A DNA stretch of 62,840 nucleotides, the filler included, from Collodictyon triciliatum (lineage: Eukaryota), in assembly GCA_043381765.1 (NCBI GenBank). It is 9 parts of 9 records of this genome, joined end to end, with 100 filler letters (N's around TTAATTAATTAA, not from the genome) between each part and the next. Parts side by side here need not be neighbours in the genome. Positions count along the whole stretch, not along the records: positions 1 to 6,627 come from JBHJMP010004340.1; positions 6,728 to 13,358 come from JBHJMP010004341.1; positions 13,459 to 20,090 come from JBHJMP010004342.1; 6 more parts are not named here. One strand, given 5' to 3'. Under the pieces are notes generated by a model. That model worked only from the letters and a program-made list of their open reading frames with translations, searched no databases and had not been told where the DNA came from. This document shows positions 1 to 13,621 of this stretch, piece after piece (position 1 is the stretch's first letter; the number at the start of each line of letters is the position of its first letter). Both the position numbers and the translations under genes were made by a program.

Positions 1-98
1 GAAGAGAAGTGAAGAGAAGTGAAGAGAAGTGAAGAGAAGTGAAGAGAAGTGAAGAGAAGTGAAGAGAAGTGAAGAGAAGTGAAGAGAAGTGAAGAGAA
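1..98. repeat. (GAAGAGAAGT)n tandem repeat, intronic
   Basis: Perfect 10-mer array at the window edge. Confidence 0.95.
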
Positions 99-132
99 GA
101 ATTATAACAAAACAATTGGGATAGCCTCATAC

Positions 133-2575
<2,443 letters not shown>

Positions 2576-3261
2576 TTAGTTGAAGGGATCCCGGGCGATG
2601 CGTGTTGTCTTTGAGATAAAGTCCTTTTCGACCAGTCCAGCAGGAAAACTGTGTAGTTTATGTGTGTCATTGAAATGGGTTGTGAAACCGCGATGGGAAG
2701 ACGCGTAAACAGGAGTAACGAATCCGTTACATCCGACAACCAACAACGGAATAAATGACATCAATCATTCCAACTAATATCACTTCCACATTTGTAGTGG
2801 TATATACAAAACCCTCTGGATCTAAAGGGAAACAAAAATCTGTGGCTGGCTCACTTCCCGAGAATCGCGCTTCTTCAGCCCATGCAAACCAGAAAAATGA
2901 ATGCTTTACTACACAATTATTACCATTAACACGCTTAATTTTGTTTGGACACGCAATGCGACATTACGTGGATGACTCCTTGGGACAATCTGTTGATTTC
3001 CTCGCACATATCTTTCTTTACGAGTTTTTTTTAAGTAGTGATCGCCTTTGTGTGTATTGCGATTGTATATATATATTCGTCTTGTCCCCTGCCATAATCC
3101 AGTGCGCGGCTGAGACCTTTCGCATAACTTTCTAACCACCTATATTTTTTTTCAAACAAACAAACAAAACAAAACAAAACAAAACAATAAATAAACAAAC
3201 AATAAACAAACAATATTCTTCTTATCTCTGCGCGCATGTTACACGTATTGTAAGATAAGTG

Positions 3262-5451
3262 ATGGAAGGAGAGACGGCCGAACGCGAAGAACTTCGACGC
3301 CGGATTCTCCGAGCTAGAAATGACCCTTTTCTCAATCCACGAGACCGGGCACGACAAATACAAGTACGTTCCTATGACCGATATTAAGGTCAAAATAAAA
3401 TAGACATAGGGCTCTCTGAAGAAAAACAACAACAAAAAAAAAAAAAGCAACAACTATTCTTTCAAAGTTTTTATCTCGTGTGTACCTCTTTTGGATGTGG
3501 AGATAAGACCTTGGAAGCCATATTAGAACTGTCAGGCCAACGCTCTGACATTTTATGATGAAAAATTCACTGTCTAATTATTGTATTGTAATGGTAGAAT
3601 TTAATTTCTCCCGGGTCGGTTCCAGTGTCGACGAGCCATCAACTTATCGAGAGGATCCATTGGGTCGTAACCGAATCTGATTTGGCTACTACTTACCACG
3701 TAACTCCTGTTAATACCATCCATCTTAATATAAAGTGACTATTTATTATGAATGTACATAATGCCTGTAAATTATATGCTTTTTTTAAAAAAAAAATATT
3801 TCAATAAATCATTTTTATTCTTCCTTTCAATTTGTGAAAAATAACGGAGAATGAAAAAATCAATGTATATCATATTGCTATCTTTTACAATGCGAAAAGG
3901 GACACGGGCACCACACAAGGGGATGCAAACATTATCGTGTTAATTGTAAAATTCGTGCGGAATGTTGTGGGAGATTTTATCCCTGTCGATTCTGTCATGA
4001 TGAAACAAGCGATCATAAAATAGACAGGTAATATCTTAATTGTACGTTCAAAAATAAGAAAAATAAACCCCTGCAAAAACCGATGTTGCATTAGAAAGAT
4101 AGTGCGACCTACACTTGTCTACATCAACCACTTTGTTGCCTTTGGTGTATGGCCACAGAGTGAAACCAACCCTTAATGAATCATATAATCACTTTCATAC
4201 AAAAAAAAAAAAAAAGATATGCTACACAAGAAATGCTCTGTATGTTCTGCAATACTATTCAGCCTGCTGGACAAGTCTGCACGAACTGTAACGCCACAGT
4301 AGCGAGATATTATTGCGATATTTGTAAATTCTTTGATGACACCCCTGGGAAAAATATTTACCACTGCCAGTATTGCAACATCTGTAGAGTAGGAAAGGTG
4401 CCACAGCAAGAATCATAATTAGAATACTATGATATCATATAATCCACACCTCGTTTTGAAATGATAATTGTATCAGTAACGACATTTTATTTTGTATATA
4501 TAAAAATTCAAAAGGGGCTGGGTATAGATTATTTTCATTGTATAAAATGCAACGCTTGCATGTCCATGAATTTGACATCTCATCAATGCATTGAAAACAC
4601 GCTGGAGTCAAACTGTCCCGTGTGCCTTGAATCTATGTTTGGATCAACAATACCAGTAGTTTTTATGTCATGCAATCATTGTATGCATACAACCTGTTTT
4701 GAGCGGTATACGGGCCTCAACTATTCGGTACGAAATGCATATATTTGGATGTCATGCCATAATTATAGGACTTAGTATACTGTAATTACAAATAACAAAT
4801 AATTTCTATTCAATTTTATCAAAATCTTTTTTCCCCCAAGAAGCAGCATCCAGCATTAATGATAAAAAAATTTTTGGCTTTTGGTTTCCTATTCCATATA
4901 GTGCCCGATATGTTCAAAATCTCTCGGAGATATGTCTGGGTTCTTCAGTAGGATAGACGCTTTCATGAATACACAATATTCACACGAAGAGCTCAAGTAA
5001 GGAATACTGTTAACCCATATCGACAATTCAACATCAAAGTCAGCTAGGCTAATATAAAGCCTTATGTCTAATGTTTATATTGTCCAAATTTGTGGCTTTA
5101 TTCATGTATATAACCACTTCCTTTATTCTATTTTTATTTTTCATGGAAAAATTCCATAGACATTTTTCTTGCTTCATTTTATCATCTGTAGCACCAGTAT
5201 TTCGAGCTCTCTTAAAAAAAAAGGATTATTTGTGCAGGGACTGCTTCTCACATATTTTGTGCAACGACTGCGAAAGAGAAAATGTTGTCCCACACCATTA
5301 TTCATACCATAAGTGCCCTCAATGTGGCTCCTACAATACTCGGGTATTAGAAATTGGACAACAGTTATCCGTTGCAGATGCAAGTCCTCACACACAAGGG
5401 TCACAATCAGCATCTTCCTCATCACCTTCTGGGAATCATACTCAAGACTGA
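3262..5451 (+). CDS. RCHY1: RING finger and CHY zinc finger E3 ligase (Pirh2), about 7 exons
   Basis: Spliced product contains GCKHYRVNCKIRAECCGRFYPCRFCHDE (CHY), YYCDICKFFDD..IYHCQYCNICRVGKGLGIDYFHCIKCNAC (CTCHY), NCPVCLE..CNHCMHTTCF..YSCPICSKS (RING-H2) and ILCNDC..YHKCPQCGSYNT (zinc ribbon); ends TGA. Confidence 0.93.
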
Positions 5452-6627
5452 ATTATGCCCAGTATTGAAAAATGACTTGCATTCAAGTAGCCAGTTTGTG
5501 ACGTAACTTTATTTTCATAAATTACTTTGCAGATAATTGTACAGAAGAGTAATTATTAATTGCATCAAATCTAATATTAAATAGAAAAATTGAAATTCAG
5601 AATAAATAAAATATAAAAAGGCACCATTTTTTGCTCTACGAGTCGCAATTCCAACCCTTCTTTTTTTTTAATTACACATAGGATTCTTCGTAAGAACAGT
5701 ACAGAGTGATGAACTACTAAAAACAAATAGTTATGAAATAAAGCCTTCGGAAGATGATAGGACCTTATGTGATAATCAAATCATAGCGTCTCGTGTTCCT
5801 AGCAAGCTTGTGCATCACCAATAACCATATGACATGCATACAGTGTCTTAAATTTCTTTTCATCTGATACGCGATGCATACAATATACGATATGCAACCC
5901 ATCGATTCATTTTTCGATCCTTGGACTACTGAGTTAATCATAAACTCCCTTGAAGCTCATGAGTTCAGGCTCACGCGCTTGTTGGTTTTCCTCTGGTCTC
6001 AAGCATGCCGGAGGCACAGGCTACAATCAACACGGACTCTATTCAAAAGGCAGGTCTATCAGAGCAGCAGCGCAGAAAAGAAAAGAAAAGGCGTCACTCT
6101 GGCCTCCAATGAACACCTTACGTTTTCTTTTTTTATCTATCTACTTCAATCCCCTCAGCCCTATCCTCCTCACACGACAAGAACTAGCGGAGTCTGCCAC
6201 CGCGCCTGAACACACGGCCTACTTCCCAGGACAAGCTCCTTGCGGCCTAACCGACAAGCGCTCCACAAACGTTTGTGACCATTTCTGTGATGTCACTTTT
6301 TGTTTGTTTCGGGGCGCCCAGAGCCAGAAACGTCCGTTTCGAACAGCAGGGGCGGAGACGCACGAAATTTACTTTGAAATTGACTGGTTGAATGATTGAA
6401 TGATTGAATGATTGAATGATTGAATCACGGTGTGAATAAGAGAAAAAAAAAATAATGAATGTGTGAATGGCATTTGCATCAATCGACCTCAAACGCACAC
6501 GAAATTGATTAGTTATCTAAATTTTCTCCTCTTTTTTTTTTTTTTTTTTTTTTTCTTTTGGCTGGCCGGGGTAAAATAAAAGATTTTTTTTTTTGTATTT
6601 TTGGAGGTTTGTTTTATAAAGGAAAAC

Positions 6628-6727
6628 NNNNNNNNNNNNNNNNNNNNNNNNNNNNNNNNNNNNNNNNNNNNTTAATTAATTAANNNNNNNNNNNNNNNNN
6701 NNNNNNNNNNNNNNNNNNNNNNNNNNN
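6628..6727. other. Artificial contig linker 44N-TTAATTAATTAA-44N (also 13359-13458, 20091-20190, 26816-26915, 33540-33639, 40260-40359, 49410-49509, 56126-56225)
   Basis: Eight identical 100-nt spacers carrying stop codons in all six frames. Confidence 0.97.
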
Positions 6728-8370
6728 AAGTGGGACAAGCTGGTCAACAATATCAAGTCCATAATCGCCTCTTGGAAAAGATTCCATCTTTCAGACATCG
6801 GAAAAGCAAGACTATGGAACCAACTCATGCTATCGACCCTCATCCACAACATGAAGGGCTCTCACCTGCCACAAAAGCATCTCGACACACTGGAGAGTAT
6901 ATGCCGCACCTTCATCACAACAAAGAGACAGCAATACAAAATCAAAACACTGATTAAGCCACCCACAGAAGGAGGCGTTGGACTCATCACACCCAAAACC
7001 GCATGGATATCACTGACCATGAAGTGGTGGACGGACATGTTCATGCAGCCGAAAGGGTTTTGGCAAATTGGGATGTGGAAACTCATCACCAAACTGTGTG
7101 CAGACTTCAAAACACAGTTGCAACAAAGAACAATACCACAACCACCTCCAAACACACCAGAGCCTTTGCCCTTGCGTTGGCAGATTCTGTATACTCACTG
7201 CGAAATGACAATACCCCTGAACGAGCCATTAGCAGCAGGAAAAATATGCTGGGACAACCAGAAAGGCTTCTGCATCATCAAACAGGTTCACGAAGGCAAC
7301 GCGGCCACCATCAGAGAAATCTCACTCAAAGAAGACGGCTCATACATCACAACGCCAGGCTCCACTGCATTCCGCACACAAGATGCACAGGCAACCACAG
7401 CCATCCTGAATAACAAAGAAAAATGGCGCTCACGCAGACCAATCTCATACGACATCCCGTCGCCATTCTTTTTCCGCCTCAAGAACGAACGCTCGTCTAA
7501 CGGTGCGCAGTCTATGCAGTTCTCGATGGCTATGGACTACTCCATATTCTTTCGATACAAAATATCGCCGCCGACATCCTACAAAAAGGCAAAACATCAA
7601 CGGTGGGGAGAAACACTGGGCATCACCCACGCCCCGCTCACCGCGAGCTGGAGACAAGCACGAACAGCGCAAGTCCTTCCAAATCACCGCTCTCTCATGC
7701 ATAATATCACCAATAGGGAGCTATGGATAGGCACACGCGCGGCAAAAGCCGGCAAAGTCTCCCAACAATGCACAATTTGTAGCAACGGTGATAAATCCAT
7801 TGAGCACACATTTGTGCAATGTCCCTTCGCTCAAAACCTGCGCGAAACAGCCAGTGAGATTCTTCGACTAACACTCAAGACGGCTTCGGCTGTTTGTCCA
7901 ATCCAGGCGATATTTGGGCCTCTGCAACAGCTGCGTCCAGATGCAAAAACATTCTGGGCATTGACGCGAGGCCATTTGCTATGGACTATGTGGATAGAAC
8001 GCATATACTCACGCAAAGCAATACTCAACAACCAGCCGCCATTCCTGTTAATAGACTGAATGACATCATACAAATCCCTTTTCTCAACAGCTTTCTTCGC
8101 CACCTGCACGTTCTCTATTAATCAGACCCTGTGAGAAGAGACATGTGGAAAGAAGCTCAGAAAGATGTTGAACATCGCTTTGTATCTCTCATGCAAGCAC
8201 AAGACCCAGGTTACAGGCCAAACCGCAGGATGCAATTCCTGATTACCGACTACTACTTATCTGCCAACCAGCCACCAAGTAGCGTTCATGCAAACGATTG
8301 CTATCAAACCAAAGCCAACATCTTCACCATCCTGCACAAAATTGAAAGGAAGAATAAAAAAAATTGAGGA
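6728..8370 (+). mobile_element. 3' portion of a non-LTR retrotransposon (L1/Tx1-like ORF2 C-terminus), decayed; 5' part cut by the contig edge
   Basis: Intronless, more GC-rich ORF with post-RT motifs W..FHLSDIGKARLWNQL and IKTLIKPPTEGGVGL, plus a zf-RVT-type knuckle CTICSNGDKSIEHTFVQC. Apparent frameshift near 8040 and in-frame TAA at 8119; A-rich 3' end. Confidence 0.85.
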
Positions 8371-8565
8371 GTTAAAAATAATTAAATACAAACAATTAAA
8401 CGACAAAACAAGACCACGTCAATATTTTATGTCAAAATATTTAGCAAAGTGCAAATTACCAGCATATTTTCATGTTCATGAATGATTTCAGTCACGAAAT
8501 AACATAATTTGACACAAACATAATACATTTATTATCACTATTTAGTTCATAGTGTTGTTTATTTT

Positions 8566-8840
8566 ATGTCTTTCCTCAACAGCTTATCTCTTGACATTCT
8601 TCGTTACTCAGACCCTGTGAGAAGAGACTTGTTGAAAGAGGCTGAGAAAGAAATTAAACATCGCTTTACCTCTCATGCAGGCACAAGACACAGGCTACAG
8701 ACCAATCTTGAGATGCAATTCTTGATTACCAACTTCTCCACCAATCGGGTGTGAATGAGCGTCCATATGAACAAAGGTCAGAAAACCGAAGATAAAAACT
8801 CCACCACCTTGCAGAAATAGAAAATAAAACAAGTTGAGGA
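8566..8840 (+). mobile_element. Diverged second copy of the retrotransposon 3' end
   Basis: Aligns by eye with 8080-8370 (shared tcagaccctgtgagaagagac, aacatcgcttt, ctctcatgca, gatgcaattc.tgattacc.ac, ttgagga). Confidence 0.8.
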
Positions 8841-9149
8841 AATGGCAGACAGAGAACCTTGCATGCAGGCCCATCGTAAATCGTTCCATCTCGTATAGCC
8901 AAGAAGCCCGCTAATGTATGAATCATTACAAACGAGCAGCGTTACCAACACATAGAAATTTGGAGTTCAAATAATGTTTTTGTTCATTTCACATATTTTT
9001 TTAATTTCCTTTTTCGATTTCTTCTACATGGCGTTACACCAGTAGCAGCTGTACACACAGTTTTACCCAGTCCTGGTTCAATCTTGCATTGCAGCATCGT
9101 TATGGTGATAGGCTTGTTTGAGTGAGGGTATATTATCGCCTCGGTTGTC

Positions 9150-10192
9150 ATTCATTTGTCGTGAATTTCAATATGTGAGCCTCTGCAGTAAGGGTCATTC
9201 CTTGATTTGCCGCTTCCTTTTTTATTGCAAAAAATATTCAGATATTCATAATAACTGGGCTTTTGTATGCTTGTGTTTTGATATAATCGGATACGAGAAT
9301 GACACGAGTTTTATATAATTCATATGTATCCTCCATCAAACATGATGCATTCAGTGGCATCAATTAATTAAGATTCATACACAAATTGAGAAAAATGTGT
9401 GAAGACCAACGCGATAATCCAAGCATAGCTGGTATGTGACGTTTGGGCGAGTAGAATGACTCCTATGGTTTAGATAGTCGATCTTTTACAATAAATATAC
9501 GAATAATGAAACAAGGAAGCAGCGATGCTGTGTTGCGTATGTAAAGAAAAGATAAAGAAACAAAGAAAAAACTAGGGAACCTAAAGTGAAAAGAAAAATA
9601 AAAGGAAAATACAACCAAACCGAAAGATGAAAAGAAAAATGAAAAGAAACATAAAGAAAACGAAAAATATTAAAGAAAACTGATAAAAAAAGCGAACGAA
9701 AACGAAAAGGAAAGGGAAAGGGAATGGATAGGAAAAGAAACATAAAGAAAACGAAAACTATTAAAGAAAACTGATAAAAAAGCGTACGAAAACGAAAAGG
9801 AAAGGGAAAGGGAATGGAAAAGGAAAAGAAAATGGAGTTAGGTAAAGCGAAAAAAAAACGAAAACGAAAGAAAACGAAAATGAAAGGAAAAGAAAACCAA
9901 AACGAAAGATGAAAAGAAAAATGAAAAGAAACAAAAAATACGAAAACGAAGACGAAAACTAATAAAAAACGAAAAGGAAAAGGAAAAGGAAAAAAGCGAA
10001 AACGAAAAGGAAAAGGAAAAAGGAAAAGGAAAAGGAAAAGGAAAAGGAAAAAGAGAGTAAAAGAAAAAGAAAAAGAGAAAGAGAAAGAGAAATGGAAAAG
10101 GAAAAGGAAAAGGAAAAGGAAAAGAAAACGGAGAAAGGAAAAATAAAATGGAAAAACGAAAAACGAAAAACGAAAACAAAAAGGAAAAAGAA

Positions 10193-10230
<38 letters not shown>

Positions 10231-10281
10231 GGAAAATGAAAAGAAACAGAAAGAATACGAAAACGAAGACGAAAACTAATA

Positions 10282-10315
<34 letters not shown>

Positions 10316-11240
10316 GGAAAGGAAAAGGAAAGAGAAAGAGAAATGGAAAAGGAAAAGAAAAAGAAAAAGAGAAAGGGAAATAGAAAAGAAAAAGAAAAAG
10401 GAAAAGAAAACGGAGAAAGGTAAAATAAAATGGAAAAACGAAAAACGAAAAACGAAAAACGAAAAGGAAAATGAAAACAAAAACAAAAACAAAAACAAAA
10501 ACAAAAACAAAAACAAAAACAAAAACAAAAACAAAAAAACAAAAACAAAAACAAAAACAAAAACAAAAACAAAAACAAAAACAAAAACAAAAACAAAAAC
10601 AAAAACAAAAACAAAAACAAAAACAAAAACAAAAAACAAAAACAAAAACGAAAACGAAAAGGAAAAGGAAATAGAAAACGAAAGGGAAAATGAAATTGAA
10701 ATGATAAAACCAGATAAGAAAGGAAGCAAATAAAGAAAAAGGAGAAGGAAAAGGAAATATTTAGTTCTTACTCTTTTCCATGATTTCGACGAGATCCCTC
10801 AAAGGACACGGTGTGCTGCCAGCGATCGGCTCGAACAGTTGCTGGGAAAGCCCGAGGTTGGACACGCAGTCGACATCGGTTTCTTCTCCATCGTATTTCA
10901 CTGCGCAGCAAAGAGAGTATTTATGGTGCTGTTATTTGGGACTCTTCACAACACGCTTGCTTTGAAAACATATACGCAGCGTTTCAGTCTGCTTCGTCTC
11001 TGGCTTTCCTGCTTTGTGAGTTGCTGCGATTTCCTGTTTGATTGTTTGTTTGTGATTCTGCTTGATCGAAGAAATCGGTTTGATATGGAAAGACTGAAGA
11101 TTCACGGAAATACAGCTTATTTGGTAGACTGAGATTCGTTATATAAGGGAGGAAGCGCATCTGCAACGCCACTAAATCTTCCATTTTTCTATTTCTCTTT
11201 TTTTTAATTCTGGTTTTTTTATGAGTGTTCGCTAGCTCTT
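9150..11240 (-). CDS. Hypothetical small spliced gene of unknown function, with a large repeat-filled intron
   Basis: A phase-consistent GT-AG chain can be built (EIAATHKAGKPETKQTETL|LKYDGEETDVDCV..LVEIMEK|RVILLAQ..FSQF|EAANQG..NE*), with a clear gtaag donor near 10771. No recognisable domain; start uncertain. Confidence 0.3.
9540..10760. repeat. Compound A/G-rich simple-repeat block (GAAAAG, CGAAAA, AAAAAC units) with higher-order internal duplications
   Basis: Directly visible; explains the K/E/T-rich and F/S/V-rich pseudo-ORFs. Confidence 0.95.
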
Positions 11241-11600
11241 CCATTGGTCGATGCAATCGTGTTTACTTGAGATTGAGGACGGCGATGCATTCCATATCAA
11301 AATGGGCATCACGAGAAAACTGACGGCTGTGTAACAGGCGTGGGCGGGAGGTTTCTTGGTGAAGATTAGGAATGGCAGTTATATGCTGTGTAAAGTTTTT
11401 GCCATGTCCTGATTCCCAAGAACACAAGATACATCGGTAGAAAAATAATAAGGTATCAGATAGGCTATACGATATATATATATATATATGATATACATGA
11501 AATGACTGCAAAGGATGAGATTTTGATTCAAGCTTTTCTGGTGATGGCATGTGTCAATAATATATCCAGTGAATGATTAAACATGGAACGTGGATTTCGT

Positions 11601-12300
11601 TCATCGCCTCAAAGTCTTTGTGTCGCGGAGAAGGACAGCGGCTCTGAAAGCATTTGCAAGAGACATATGCCAGTCTCCAGAATAACCTTCATATTCTCCA
11701 AACCAGGCTGAATGCCTGTTGAGTGGCGTGAAAGTGACTCGGCACTGTATACGCACACACAGATAGCCCAAATAATATTCTATCATGATGAGGAGCTATA
11801 TTGAAAAACAACATAAAGTCATGTCTTTGGGCAATCGATTGTTTGTGATAAACCTTGGCGAGCTTGAACTTTGGACATCGGCTGCAAGCTCCGTTTTCTG
11901 CGATGATGTAAATATTTTATTTCAGTTTGGCTTTTTGAGTGAGGGATTTTGTTGAGTTTGTGAGAAATACTTTTGTGCAATTAGTTTTTCTTTCTGTATT
12001 TGATAAACAAGAAAGTGAAGGAGTGATTGGTTGTGAAGTATCCACCGAGGGATTCATTCCGCTTTGTCCAGAGGCGAAGAGGAAGCCCTTTGCTGCTGTC
12101 GCTTGGCTGAGAATAATATGCGACTTTGTTATGCGCAAAAGTACTTTAGTCAAAAGAGAACTTGTGCAAGTATTGGGATGATACAATACCTTTAAGGGCC
12201 GATCGCTTAGGGGAAAGATTCCGTGTGGATGATGTCCTTCGTAGAGCGTCTCTTTTTGGGAGTCAACCTTTACTTTGGCTGAGACGGTGTTTTTTATTTT
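11601..12300 (-). CDS. Hypothetical spliced gene of unknown function
   Basis: Phase-consistent candidate exons ..HPHGIFPLSDRPLK|PSDSSKGLPLRLWTKRNESL|ENGACSRCPKFKLAK|CRVTFTPLNRHSAWFGEYEGYSGDWHMSLANAF..RR*. No start or family identified. Confidence 0.25.
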
Positions 12301-13621
12301 GTGAAAAGTCTGCTCACCCAACAAAAAACATATCTTTAAAATCAATAAGGAGTCCTATTGTGCGGTGGTGTATACTGACGCCAAAACAATTACAAAAAAA
12401 TACAACAAAATAATAACCAAAAAACTATTGGAAAAGGAAAAGAAAAGATAAATGCTCAATAGAATTTCCTTTCTTAAAAATAACGCTAGATAAACTGAAA
12501 GCGAAAGGGATTATGCTTGCCGCGCGCCTTCCTTGATTTGCGTACCAAAAAAAAAAGGAATGAACTCCTCCCAAGCACAGAATAGAGGACAATAGTCATG
12601 TCCGCAGGCTATTGCTGTAAGTGAAAATATCTTCGTGTCTCTTCATCTATACATTCACTTTTTCTCTTTTATTTCTCTCTATCTTTTTGTTCTTCATTCC
12701 GATATCTTGCTAACACGCCTATACCAGAAAAAAGTGACCATCAAGAGACCAAAAACAATCAGGCTGTCTGCAGAGAATGCTTCTTCCATTTGGTTGAGAC
12801 AGATACACCAAACGACTGACATCAACAGGTCTTGGCTTTGTGAAAAGCGTGACTATTCTTGTTCAGTTTATTGTTTTTGGCATCATTCCTACATTATACG
12901 ACTCAATAGAAGTCACCAAGTCTCATCCAACTTTTGAAATGGTGCTTATTCGACAGAGGCGACAAAGCAGCGATTGCAGCGTCGAGTGGGAAAGGTAATA
13001 GAATCACGCAAAATACCATATATGGCTCTCTTGTAGCACATATATTTAATCCATTTGTTCTCTCTGTGATATCATTAAATCAGATTATATGGAATCGTTG
13101 GAATTATATGATATTACAATCCAATTTTCTTAATCATTATTATATTTTTCATATATATATTTAATTCTGTATTTTATTGATAACTGTTTTGCTAACCTTT
13201 CTTGCATTATCCACTTGCAGACTCCAACGTGTTGACCCATGTAATGACTCCACTGGATAAAACACAAGACTAGAGCTTGACTTTGTTATTCTGTATGTTG
13301 ACGGATGAATTGCAGTAATTATATTTTATTTAATTTTTTGTTTTCTATTTTGATAAAGNNNNNNNNNNNNNNNNNNNNNNNNNNNNNNNNNNNNNNNNNN
13401 NNTTAATTAATTAANNNNNNNNNNNNNNNNNNNNNNNNNNNNNNNNNNNNNNNNNNNNGTTTGTTTGTTTGTTTGTTTGTTTGTTTGTTTGTTTGTTTGT
13501 TTGTTTGTTTGTTTGTTTGTTTGTTTGTTTGTTTGTTTGTTTGTTTGTTTGTATGTTGTTGTTGTTGCTTTGACGCTGTTATGAAAAAGGAGTTGAAAAG
13601 CGATGTTCTCAACCTTCGCAG

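Noticed and set aside
1-98. Terminal tandem repeats as telomeres, or repeat arrays as CRISPR
   Set aside because: Each contig end has a different unit, several are intronic, and there are no unique spacers or cas genes.
6672-6683. Recurrent TTAATTAATTAA as a biological motif or piggyBac-type TTAA site
   Set aside because: Always centred in exactly 100-nt N spacers; a six-frame stop linker.
9150-9216. CDGSH-like motif (GKSRNDPYCRGSH) on the minus strand
   Set aside because: Lacks the two upstream cysteines and the Asp, and is not in the frame that splices consistently.
12060-12270. DGAT2-like HPHG and KGF motifs on the minus strand
   Set aside because: Spacing is too short and the other DGAT2 motifs (GGxxE, VPxxxFGE) are absent.
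12559-12620. Possible TAG read-through or alternative genetic code
   Set aside because: No in-frame stops in the many conserved exons of WDR19, PDE, B56 and ACLY, and ACLY ends at TAG.
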